Below, piece by piece: positions 32,623 through 41,144 of a stretch of 64,000 nucleotides of DNA. Position numbers and translations under genes: made by a program. How positions within the stretch are numbered: position 1 is the stretch's first letter; every line of letters starts with the position of its first letter. Location of the stretch: the NCBI GenBank assembly GCA_963667565.1, contig OY763415.1, positions 864,001 through 928,000 of the forward strand. The letters run 5' to 3'. The stretch comes from Acholeplasmataceae bacterium. Lineage in GTDB: Bacteria > Bacillota_I > Bacilli_A > Acholeplasmatales > Acholeplasmataceae. Below the pieces are notes generated by a model. That model was not told the origin of the DNA and searched no databases. It was given only the letters and a program-made list of their open reading frames with translations.

Positions 32623-32666
32623 TTTGGTTACTATATACATCACTCAAAAAGCAATAAATAGCAAGT
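32623..32666 (-). promoter_or_regulatory. Phage promoter motif, copy 1 (upstream of the recombinases)
   Basis: Minus strand ACTTGCTATTTA-N9-GAGTGATGTATATAGTAAC, near-identical to 41083-41126. Confidence 0.7.
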
Positions 32667-32676
32667 TAATACCGTG

Positions 32677-32814
32677 CTATTTGTTGCTTTTTTCATTATT
32701 TATCTTCAGTAGTTTTGTAAGGCAAAGATACCATTCTTCATTGGTGATTAAACTAGCTTTTTTAAGTTCGTCAATGATTGCCTTTTGTTGTTGAAATTTT
32801 ACGTTTGTATCCAT
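32677..32814 (-). CDS. Small SHOCT-like protein (45 aa)
   Basis: Manual translation MDTNVKFQQQKAIIDELKKASLITNEEWYLCLTKLLKINNEKSNK with an AAAGGA RBS and an L...LIT.EE motif. Confidence 0.65.
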   Translation of the reverse strand: MDTNVKFQQQKAIIDELKKASLITNEEWYLCLTKLLKINNEKSNK

Positions 32815-32835
32815 ACTATTCCTTTCTGAGAAAAC

Positions 32836-32913
32836 AAAAAAAGAGCCGCTAAAGAAAGCGACTCTTTTCGAGTAAGGATAACTAAGAATGCATATAGTAT
32901 GTCTAAACCACCG
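32836..32913 (-). ncRNA. Predicted ~80-nt antisense RNA against the antirepressor (sRNA-2)
   Basis: Promoter TTCACA(32947-42)-N17-TAAAAT(32924-19) with extended TG, terminator AAAAGAGTCGCT/AGCGGCTCTTTT, 9-nt and 10-nt complementarity to 34955-34963 and 34978-34987. Confidence 0.65.
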
Positions 32914-32947
32914 TAGTTATTTTAGCACAAACAAATATATTTGTGAA

Positions 32948-33544
32948 TTAGCGTAAAGCACTAAAAAAATGAGGTATATCCATATATTTATTTAAGTCAG
33001 CCATAAGCACACCTTTGAATACGATATTCTCTGCATGAGCTTTATTAAAGTATCTAGGTTTGTCATCAATATAAAAATGCCCACCACCAGTTGGCTTGAA
33101 ATAAACTTTTGAAATATACGTTTTGTCATAGTAATCAAATATCATGACATGACCTTCTTGGTTTAGATTGGTTTTCCAGAAGAATCTCATTTTTAGATCA
33201 TTCTCTAAATAACAAATCACATCATCATAGATAGTAGAAATAGTAAAGGGCATGACTTCTACAAGACCATCTTCACCGTTTTCAAATGATCGAAAAGCAA
33301 GAATTTTATCATTTACGAGTGTATAAGGGTTCCCAATAATAACATCCAATGAGACGTTGTAAAAACCACTTAGAATCACTAGATCTTTCAGGCTAATTTC
33401 TCTGGTTCCATTCTCATAATTGACATATCCTTGTCTAGATTTTCCAATTAGTTCTGCAACCTTAGTCGTAGATAGTTTGTAGTGTTTTCTGAGTTTCTTT
33501 AAATTTTCACTAACAAATCGATTATCAAATAAAGTATCTTGCAT
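32948..33544 (-). CDS. XRE-family repressor (CI-like)
   Basis: N-terminal HTH (LKKLRK...SRQGYVNYENGTRE), divergent from the early operon. Confidence 0.8.
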   Translation of the reverse strand: MQDTLFDNRFVSENLKKLRKHYKLSTTKVAELIGKSRQGYVNYENGTREISLKDLVILSGFYNVSLDVIIGNPYTLVNDKILAFRSFENGEDGLVEVMPFTISTIYDDVICYLENDLKMRFFWKTNLNQEGHVMIFDYYDKTYISKVYFKPTGGGHFYIDDKPRYFNKAHAENIVFKGVLMADLNKYMDIPHFFSALR

Positions 33545-33757
33545 AAAATCACATCCTTTTTCTTATTTTTTCATAGAGCAACAAATGTTGTAAGCAAATA
33601 ATTGTTGTTAACATTAACTCTATATTATCATAGATATTACCACAAAAACAACTCATTTTGTTGCAAAATAAAAAAAGTCATATCAAATTATTTTCAAGAT
33701 TAACTATTCCATATACAATAAAGACACCGTTTGAAATTGCTGAAAGGAGGGAGCATC

Positions 33758-34054
33758 TTGAATTCAAATGAAAAGAAAGAGTATCACGTGAATCTACACA
33801 GATTGTATTTAAAGAAAAGACGTGAAGAATTAGGTCGGACGGTTATAGATGTAGGAGATTTATCCGGTATATCCTCAGATTACTATTGTCAAATAGAGAA
33901 TGGTTTTAGAGGGAAGAAGTTATCCGTGAAAATGCTACTACAGATTGCCGATGCCTTGGACATGAATTTATGTGAGGCACTTGAGGGAGAAAAAGCGTTT
34001 ATTAAAGAGAGTGAGAGCATGACTAAGAACACCGAAAGAGTTTTTAGTGGATAA
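33758..34054 (+). CDS. XRE-family Cro-like regulator
   Basis: LKKRREELG...YCQIENG HTH, TTG start after AAAGGAGG. Confidence 0.75.
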   Translation: MNSNEKKEYHVNLHRLYLKKRREELGRTVIDVGDLSGISSDYYCQIENGFRGKKLSVKMLLQIADALDMNLCEALEGEKAFIKESESMTKNTERVFSG

Positions 34055-34967
34055 GTACAATCTTGCTCAGCTGATGGATGAATACATAACTTATAAAGAT
34101 GTGAAAAAAATTACCAAAGAAAGCTATAGAAGGATCTTTAGTGAATACATGGAGTATGTCAATAAACTACCTAAACCACCAACTAGGGAAGACGTAAAAA
34201 CATATCGAGAAGAGTTATCAGAAAATCTAGCAGCTACAACAGTACAAAAGCATATGGTTGTTATCAGAGGTTTCTATGAATGGCTATATGCTGAAGGTAA
34301 AGGAGAAAATATTGCTATTGGTATTAAAGGAGTAAAAACTGGTAGCAATTTTAAAAGACAAGCATTATCAGTGGATCAAGCAAGTAGACTTATTGAGCAT
34401 GCTAGAAGTATCTCCGATAGGGGAATTGTAGAATTACGTAATTATGCAATTATAGGTCTCATGATTACCACAGGACTTAGAACCATTGAAGTAAGTAGGG
34501 CAGATTCACAAGACATTATGTTTGTAAATGATGCTGAGTCATTATTTGTTCGAGGAAAAGGACGAGATGCAAAAGATGAATATGTGAAATTGCCAGAAGA
34601 AATCCATCAGAATATTGTTGCATATCAGATAGCGAGATCAGACAACAAGAAACCATTATTTATTAATCATAATAGAAATTGTAAGAATGATCGAATTAGT
34701 CCAAAAACAATAAGTACGATGGTAAAGGAATATCTTCGAGATGTTGGAATTGATGAAAGGATATATACAGCTCACAGTTTGAGACATACTGTGGCGACAG
34801 TAGCCATGAATGAAGGAGCAACGCTCTATCAAACACAACAACTGTTGCGACATAAGAGTTCAGATACAACTCAAATATATCTACATTCCATTCAACGAAG
34901 AGAGTCTTTTGTAGAGAATCTAGTTTATAAAAAATTGTATAAAAAAAGTGAGGATAAGGATAAATGA
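34047..34967 (+). CDS. Tyrosine recombinase (XerC/D-like)
   Basis: Complete catalytic set: GLR, GKG, HSLRH, LLRH, TTQIY. Confidence 0.92.
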   Translation: MDKYNLAQLMDEYITYKDVKKITKESYRRIFSEYMEYVNKLPKPPTREDVKTYREELSENLAATTVQKHMVVIRGFYEWLYAEGKGENIAIGIKGVKTGSNFKRQALSVDQASRLIEHARSISDRGIVELRNYAIIGLMITTGLRTIEVSRADSQDIMFVNDAESLFVRGKGRDAKDEYVKLPEEIHQNIVAYQIARSDNKKPLFINHNRNCKNDRISPKTISTMVKEYLRDVGIDERIYTAHSLRHTVATVAMNEGATLYQTQQLLRHKSSDTTQIYLHSIQRRESFVENLVYKKLYKKSEDKDK

Positions 34968-35728
34968 TACGAGAGTTTAAGAATGCAGATTATGGTGTTG
35001 TTAATGCCACTACGATAGATGAACAACCCTACTTTTGCTTAGTCGACATAGCACGCATCCTGGATATTAAGAATGCGAAAGATTGTAGAACTGGAATACC
35101 TAGTTCGGATGTAGAAACGTTAGAAGTGAAAACTGGAATTACAACATCAAAACGAATCTTTATTAATGCCAAACATATCAGTACGTGTTTATTCAAATCA
35201 AAGAATGCTAAAGCACAACAGATAAATGATTGGCTTTACCGGATAGTGATTCCACAACTGATGAAACAGTTTGATTACGATTTAGAATCTTTTAATGATC
35301 CAGAAACCGTTATTCAGTTTTTAGATGAATTTCAAGACCTGAAAATTAGAAATGTAATTCTTGAAACGGATAAGAAACTTAATGCACCAAGATTGAATTT
35401 AATTAACAAACTACTAGGAAGTAAATCATGTGTCGATTTAGATAGAGTCACACAAGTGATAAGATTTCATCATTTAAGTAATACGGATTTATATAAAATA
35501 CTACGTTCAAGTCATGTTCTTGATGACAATAATGTGCCATACCAAGAGTTTTGTGATCGTAAGTATTTTAGAGTAGTAGAATCAAAGGTAGTATCTGGTG
35601 GGGAAATTATCCCCCAACAAAGAACATATGTATACAAAAGTGGGGTTTCCTTTATCGAAAAAATTCTAACAGAATATGAGGTAAGAAACCATGATCCAAA
35701 CAAAAGAAAAGCATTTCACAATAGCTGA
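34964..35728 (+). CDS. Phage antirepressor (BRO-N plus ANT/KilAC-like)
   Basis: FKNADYG...QPYFCL.DIARIL BRO-N, W...VIP, C-terminal PYQ.F.DRKYF...T.V..SG. Confidence 0.85.
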   Translation: MIREFKNADYGVVNATTIDEQPYFCLVDIARILDIKNAKDCRTGIPSSDVETLEVKTGITTSKRIFINAKHISTCLFKSKNAKAQQINDWLYRIVIPQLMKQFDYDLESFNDPETVIQFLDEFQDLKIRNVILETDKKLNAPRLNLINKLLGSKSCVDLDRVTQVIRFHHLSNTDLYKILRSSHVLDDNNVPYQEFCDRKYFRVVESKVVSGGEIIPQQRTYVYKSGVSFIEKILTEYEVRNHDPNKRKAFHNS

Positions 35729-35891
35729 AACAAAGAAAATCTTAAGGCTCTCTTCACAAACCATCCAGAAGATGTTACGCAGAGGAGAGCTCTTAGGATT
35801 TCAATCCGGAAACAAATGGGTAATATTTGAATCATCGATAAATAACTACATCGAGAAACATTCAAACAAACCACAAGAATCATACGATTAA
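35691..35891 (+). CDS. Excisionase-like HTH protein
   Basis: T..E...IL.LS..TI...RRGEL...G.KW.I (HTH_17 pattern). Confidence 0.8.
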   Translation: MIQTKEKHFTIAETKKILRLSSQTIQKMLRRGELLGFQSGNKWVIFESSINNYIEKHSNKPQESYD

Positions 35892-35995
35892 TGCAAGAAA
35901 TAATGCTTGTGATTGCTTGTGTAACACAATGAAATCATATCAATGTAGTTATAACAGGTTATTTTAGCATACACGAAAACTAAGAGGTAAAAAGC

Positions 35996-36853
35996 ATGGC
36001 GAGACCAATCAAAAAAGGATTATCCTATTTTCCATTGGACGTCGGTGTTTTTAAGGACAAACGAATCACTAAAATCGAACGTAAATTTGGAGTATACGGT
36101 TCGAGTATTTTTTTAAGAATATTAACTATGGTATATGAGCACGGGTATTACCTGGAAATGACTGAAGAAGATTTGATCACTGAACTGATTTATCAAATTG
36201 GAGTAGGCAAGATCTCATATCAACGGGTACGCAATGTAATTCTCATGTGTTGTGAGCTAGGCATCCTTGATGAGCCGCTATTTCGACAAGGGGTTATTAC
36301 ATCTGATGGTATTCAGAAACAATTCATCCGAGTCGCCAAAAGGCGTAAGGAAGTAGATATCTCCAAATATTGGTTGCTCGATTCCGCAACAATGGAAGAA
36401 TTAGGAGTCCTTTTAAGCATGGAAAAAAACGAGGAAAAAGGAGTTAATGTTAACAATAACTCGGTTAATGTTGACATTAATACACAAAGTAAAAGTAAAA
36501 GAAAAAGAGATAAAAAGATAAAAGAAGATAAAAGCATTTATGGGTTCCCCAAAATGCACTTTTTAACAAAATTATTAATTCAAAGAAAATACATTGAAGA
36601 GATAGATGCGGATATCATGAAATATAATGATTTGTTTGAATCAGCAATTGATGAGTATAGCTATGAGAATGTCTTAAGTGGAGTGAATTATATTATTTCA
36701 TATTCTAAAAATCCTAATCCACCAATTGATGATAAGTTTCATTTCATGAAAGTATCTTTGATTACAAATCTAGATCGATTTAGGAGTTTAGAAAACAGAA
36801 GAGGTGAGACATTTGAGGACTGGTTCAAAAACATCTTTTTACAAGTGGATTGA
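35996..36853 (+). CDS. DUF4373/Lin1244-like replication initiator
   Basis: MARP.KKGL.YFPLD, G..G, ITS.GIQK.F, K/E-rich linker. Confidence 0.8.
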   Translation: MARPIKKGLSYFPLDVGVFKDKRITKIERKFGVYGSSIFLRILTMVYEHGYYLEMTEEDLITELIYQIGVGKISYQRVRNVILMCCELGILDEPLFRQGVITSDGIQKQFIRVAKRRKEVDISKYWLLDSATMEELGVLLSMEKNEEKGVNVNNNSVNVDINTQSKSKRKRDKKIKEDKSIYGFPKMHFLTKLLIQRKYIEEIDADIMKYNDLFESAIDEYSYENVLSGVNYIISYSKNPNPPIDDKFHFMKVSLITNLDRFRSLENRRGETFEDWFKNIFLQVD

Positions 36854-37238
36854 TGACATAAAAAAAGCCTATAGACACAGGACTGAATTAGAAGAAAAAC
36901 TTCAGTTCTATGAAACTAGGCTCATTGGTTATAATGCAGTTACTTATGATTCGATAGGATCAAGTTCGACAAAAAATAATGTTGAGGATAACTTGTTATA
37001 TGTCATAGGTAAAATTGATAAAGTAAAAGCAAGATTAGATAAAGCACAAAAATTGATAGATGAGTATGTAACTTTCAAAGATAAGTTGAAACCACAAGAA
37101 GCATTGGTACTAGAGTATCTTGTTGAAACTTCATTATCTAAATCTGAGATAGCTTCAATGATGCATTTATCAAGATCAAGAGTGCACTTGATTATCATGA
37201 ATATTGCTATATCATTCGATTTAATGATTTTAATTTAG
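36804..37238 (+). CDS. RinA/ArpU-like late transcription activator
   Basis: Coiled coil plus C-terminal HTH (EIA..M.LSRS.V), last gene of the early operon. Confidence 0.6.
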   Translation: MRHLRTGSKTSFYKWIDDIKKAYRHRTELEEKLQFYETRLIGYNAVTYDSIGSSSTKNNVEDNLLYVIGKIDKVKARLDKAQKLIDEYVTFKDKLKPQEALVLEYLVETSLSKSEIASMMHLSRSRVHLIIMNIAISFDLMILI

Positions 37239-37494
37239 GTTACAGCATTCAACTATAAGGCTGTAAATTTTTTGATTTTGAAGTGCCTTCTACAAACACT
37301 GTGAACGCTACTATCCGATACGAATGAAAGATGCTATAATATATAATGTGATATCTCATTTAACTATAAACGGAACCTACAGGTCCTAGGAAAAAGCTTT
37401 AATTCTTTGTATAATTAAGTAAAATACGACATATGTGCGCTGTTCAATTACTTGCACAAAGGTTATATTTATAAAAAAAGGAGGTTTTCAAGAA

Positions 37495-38829
37495 ATGAGA
37501 AAAATAATTGTATTAGTTTTGGTCTTTGTTGGCGTATTCTGCTTTGAAGGAGTTCAGGTTTATGCACAAGAACTTCCTGAACCTAACAGTTTATCAACTG
37601 CAAGTTATTTCTGTAATAATATTGATGAGTTCAACCAGCAATTAGAAATTGCATATAAAAATGAAGAAATAAATATCAATAACTGTGATGAAATAGTGAA
37701 TGTGAATTTAGTAGATTTGACAGGAACAGCTACTTTAGTTGATTTTAATGGCAATCATGGGTATGCCCTATTTTTGGATGATTACATAATTGAAGATTTT
37801 GAATTCGAGGGTAATCTTAAAAAGGTTACTAATTTCGAGTTATATTTTAGTACAGTAGATGGCATATATTATATTGACTCAGGAAATGAAAAGGTATCAC
37901 TCTTAGCCTCAGATGAGCAAGTTGATTTTAGAACAGGATATGACGGGCAATATGGAGATGATGGTGTAGGTAGAATATATAATTTAAACGATTACATTAC
38001 AGATCGATACGGGAGTGGTTTTTATTTGAATGATGAAAACACTTTAGTTGGATATACACATATTATACAATCAACATATTCGACAATAAAGTATCGAGAA
38101 TCTAAAAGCCCTGACATTGGATACTCTTACTCCAATGAGGGGAATTGTTCACTTACATCAATTTATGCTGTGATGAAGTACTGGGCAGAAGAGAAAGGTT
38201 ATACCGATATTCCCACGGCAAATATATCATATGATGCAACGACAGAAAGTTTCTATGTCGATCATCATGATGACCAATTGTCCTACATTTCGTCTAAAAC
38301 ATATGTATATAACCCTTATTATGGTGGGTTTTATGTGAATAATTACTCTACAATCGATAAGTATTATATTTTGGGAAGTACTACTAAATACGTACCGGAA
38401 TCATTCTTAGAAATGAAAGAAATTGCCTACGGATACGGTTACTCACCTGATGGTGGAACCAATCCTACAGAAATTGATAATATTGCTGAAGATTCTTTTG
38501 AACATTATGGGTATACCAATATGGATATATATAATGACTGGGTCTGGTCTTTTAATAACAATGTAGTAAAACATATTGATAATAATAACCCAGTTATATG
38601 GTCTTCAAATGATTTTACCGTTGAGAACAATTATGGTTCGCATACAGTAACTGTTATTGGGTATAAAGAGTATTTAAAAACAACAAAAATTCTATTTATT
38701 ACAATAAAAGACTACTTACATTTTATGGAAATCAATGATAATTGGTCGCCTTCTTCAAAATATTTTGATTATGATAAATATGCAAGTGGATTTGGAACAG
38801 GAGTATTTACTCATATAGAGGAGGATTAG
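37495..38829 (+). CDS. Secreted papain-like (C39/C10-type) cysteine protease, moron
   Basis: Signal peptide ending VYA, GNCSLTS (Cys), GSHTVTVIGY (His), INDNW. Start after AAGGAGG. Confidence 0.72.
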   Translation: MRKIIVLVLVFVGVFCFEGVQVYAQELPEPNSLSTASYFCNNIDEFNQQLEIAYKNEEININNCDEIVNVNLVDLTGTATLVDFNGNHGYALFLDDYIIEDFEFEGNLKKVTNFELYFSTVDGIYYIDSGNEKVSLLASDEQVDFRTGYDGQYGDDGVGRIYNLNDYITDRYGSGFYLNDENTLVGYTHIIQSTYSTIKYRESKSPDIGYSYSNEGNCSLTSIYAVMKYWAEEKGYTDIPTANISYDATTESFYVDHHDDQLSYISSKTYVYNPYYGGFYVNNYSTIDKYYILGSTTKYVPESFLEMKEIAYGYGYSPDGGTNPTEIDNIAEDSFEHYGYTNMDIYNDWVWSFNNNVVKHIDNNNPVIWSSNDFTVENNYGSHTVTVIGYKEYLKTTKILFITIKDYLHFMEINDNWSPSSKYFDYDKYASGFGTGVFTHIEED

Positions 38830-38830
38830 A

Positions 38831-39094
38831 ATGTCAGCATTTTTTATTATTCTTTTAATTGTAATAGCAGTGGTATTGGGTCAAGTTTTATATATGAAAA
38901 CAAATGGAAATAAGAAATTTTTTATAGTACACATTATTGGATTAGTAATCATCTATTTGATTGGGACTGCAACTACAAGTAATCAATCTGGTGGAGTTAA
39001 TTGGCCATGGTGGTTAGTTGGAACCATTTATTCAATTCCAGTTTTTATATCTTTAATTATAGGAACGATAAGAAAATTACTTTCTATTAATTAG
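38831..39094 (+). CDS. Small 3-TM membrane protein
   Basis: Three hydrophobic segments, starting 1 nt after the protease stop. Confidence 0.7.
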   Translation: MSAFFIILLIVIAVVLGQVLYMKTNGNKKFFIVHIIGLVIIYLIGTATTSNQSGGVNWPWWLVGTIYSIPVFISLIIGTIRKLLSIN

Positions 39095-39400
39095 CTTCCT
39101 ATAATCCTTGTGATTTCTTGTATAGCACATGAAAAGAAATCATATAAGATTATACTAGATTAAATCACAATACACTTTTGAGAGCCTAATTGGGCTATAT
39201 CGTGCTTTATGCTCATGGACAAAATTTGACAATTATGATAGAGTGTATTTATCGTGGAGTACTGGCTAAAAGTAAGCCTAGAAGTAATGGGAGTTCGAGT
39301 TGATCGGATTCCTTTTTCTTTTGCAGAAAGATTTGTAGTATTCAACTGGTAAGTCATTACAGTTTTGACATTAATAACCTAACAGTTGGAGTGATTTTAA

Positions 39401-39889
39401 ATGAAAGGATATACGCTTGATTACTACGAAAAGTGGGAACGTGACGGTATACTGGACAAAAGGTTAAGTGAGATAAAAGAACTCGTATCAAAAGCAGTAC
39501 CTCAAGTTGAAATAGCCAAAATTCTTGGTATGTCAGAAAAGACAATGTATAAACTTAAGAATCGGCATCCTAAAATGAATCAAGCATTTGTTTTTGGAAA
39601 TGATGATCTAAAATATACATTAATTGATACGTTGATAAAAAAAGCAGTTGGTTATGAGTATGAAGAAACTCAAACAACAATAGAGGAAACAAAAACTGGT
39701 ACCAAAAAGAAAATCGTTAAATATAAGAAAAAAGCTCAACCGGATATGAATGCAGTGAGATATCTCTTGATCATCAAATTTGGTCGTGAATATAATGATA
39801 AAAAAGAAGAAATTGATGCCATGTATGAGCGTTTGAAAAATAGAGAGGAAAAGTGGACGAATGCAAGTAGTGATGAAGAAGACAGCTAG
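39401..39889 (+). CDS. Phage HTH protein (terminase-small-subunit-like HTH)
   Basis: EIAK.LG.S..T.Y...HP, L.KKA.GYEY.E, PD..A pattern. Confidence 0.6.
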   Translation: MKGYTLDYYEKWERDGILDKRLSEIKELVSKAVPQVEIAKILGMSEKTMYKLKNRHPKMNQAFVFGNDDLKYTLIDTLIKKAVGYEYEETQTTIEETKTGTKKKIVKYKKKAQPDMNAVRYLLIIKFGREYNDKKEEIDAMYERLKNREEKWTNASSDEEDS

Positions 39890-41063
39890 TCTTCTAGAAT
39901 ATGATAATAATCCAAGACATAATGAAGAAGCTATAGAAGCAGTTGCTAATTCCATTCGTGAGTTTGGATTCAAAGTCCCAATTGTAATCTCAAGTGATAA
40001 CGTCATAATTGCCGGACATACTCGCTTAAAAGCCTCTGTGTTGCTTGGTTTAGAAGAAGTGCCATGTATTATCGCAGATGACTTAAACGACGAACAAATC
40101 AAAGCGTTTCGCTTAGCTGATAATAAAACAGCTGAACTTGCGACTTGGGACTTATCAAAACTTGAAGAAGAGTTATCTCATATAGATATGGACATGCTGC
40201 AGTTTGGCTTTGAGGAGATGGAAGAACTACTTCCTGATAATGCATCTGATGATGATTTTGATATCACTGATGAAATTCCTGAAGAACCATTCTCACAACC
40301 AGGTGACATATATGAACTAGGACCACATCGATTAATGTGTGGTGATTCTACTGATTCAAAACAAGTAGCAACTTTACTTGATGGCCATGAAGTCGATATG
40401 ATATTTACGGATCCTCCATATAATGTAGATTATGAAGGAACAGCTGGAAAGATTAAAAACGATAAGATGGAAGACGATAACTTCTATCTTTTTTTATGCA
40501 ACGCATTTCAAAATATGTTTGAACATACAAAACCAGGTGGAGCGATTTATGTTTGCCATGCAGACACCGAAGGACTTAACTTTAGAAACGCATTCAAGAA
40601 CGCAGGATACAAATTAGCTGAATGTTTGATATGGGTTAAGAATGCTTTAGTCCTTGGTAGACAAGATTATCACTGGCGTCACGAACCTATCCTCTATGGA
40701 TGGAAAGAAGGTGCAGCTCATTACTTTGTTGATGATCGCACACAAGATACCATCTGGGAATATAACAAGCCAAAGAAAAATGAAGAACATCCAACCATGA
40801 AACCACTAGAACTTGTAGGAAAAGCAATCAGCAATTCCTCTAGACGTCATGAATCCGTATTAGATCTCTTTGGTGGTTCAGGTTCAACTATGATTGCAGC
40901 AGATCAATTGGACCGTAGATCATTCTTAATGGAACTGGATGAGAGATTCGTTGATGTTATTATAAAACGTTATATAAAACATAAGGAATCAGACGAGAAC
41001 TGTTATTTGATCAGAAATGGAAAGAGGTCTCCGATTAGCCATTTTGATATCTTTGAAAATTAG
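39861..41063 (+). CDS. ParB-like domain fused to an N6A/N4C DNA methyltransferase
   Basis: NNPR/IIAGHTR/LADNK (ParB), TDPPYN, HPTMKP, DLFGGSGST. Confidence 0.92.
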   Translation: MQVVMKKTASLLEYDNNPRHNEEAIEAVANSIREFGFKVPIVISSDNVIIAGHTRLKASVLLGLEEVPCIIADDLNDEQIKAFRLADNKTAELATWDLSKLEEELSHIDMDMLQFGFEEMEELLPDNASDDDFDITDEIPEEPFSQPGDIYELGPHRLMCGDSTDSKQVATLLDGHEVDMIFTDPPYNVDYEGTAGKIKNDKMEDDNFYLFLCNAFQNMFEHTKPGGAIYVCHADTEGLNFRNAFKNAGYKLAECLIWVKNALVLGRQDYHWRHEPILYGWKEGAAHYFVDDRTQDTIWEYNKPKKNEEHPTMKPLELVGKAISNSSRRHESVLDLFGGSGSTMIAADQLDRRSFLMELDERFVDVIIKRYIKHKESDENCYLIRNGKRSPISHFDIFEN

Positions 41064-41082
41064 TTACTATAGTGAAAATAGT

Positions 41083-41126
41083 ACTTGCTATTTAGTCCCT
41101 TTAGAGTGATATATATAGTAACTAAA
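41083..41126 (+). promoter_or_regulatory. Phage promoter motif, copy 2
   Basis: ACTTGCTATTTA-N9-GAGTGATATATATAGTAAC. Confidence 0.7.
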
Positions 41127-41144
41127 ACAAAGGAGACTAAGATT

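Noticed and set aside
32609..32794. 61-aa plus-strand ORF
   Set aside because: Antisense to the RBS-led SHOCT-like ORF and the promoter motif.
39094..39121. Host dif site (left arm CTTCCTATAA resembles Firmicute dif)
   Set aside because: The right arm and spacer do not match TTATGTAAA-type dif. Kept only as part of the repeated-box finding.
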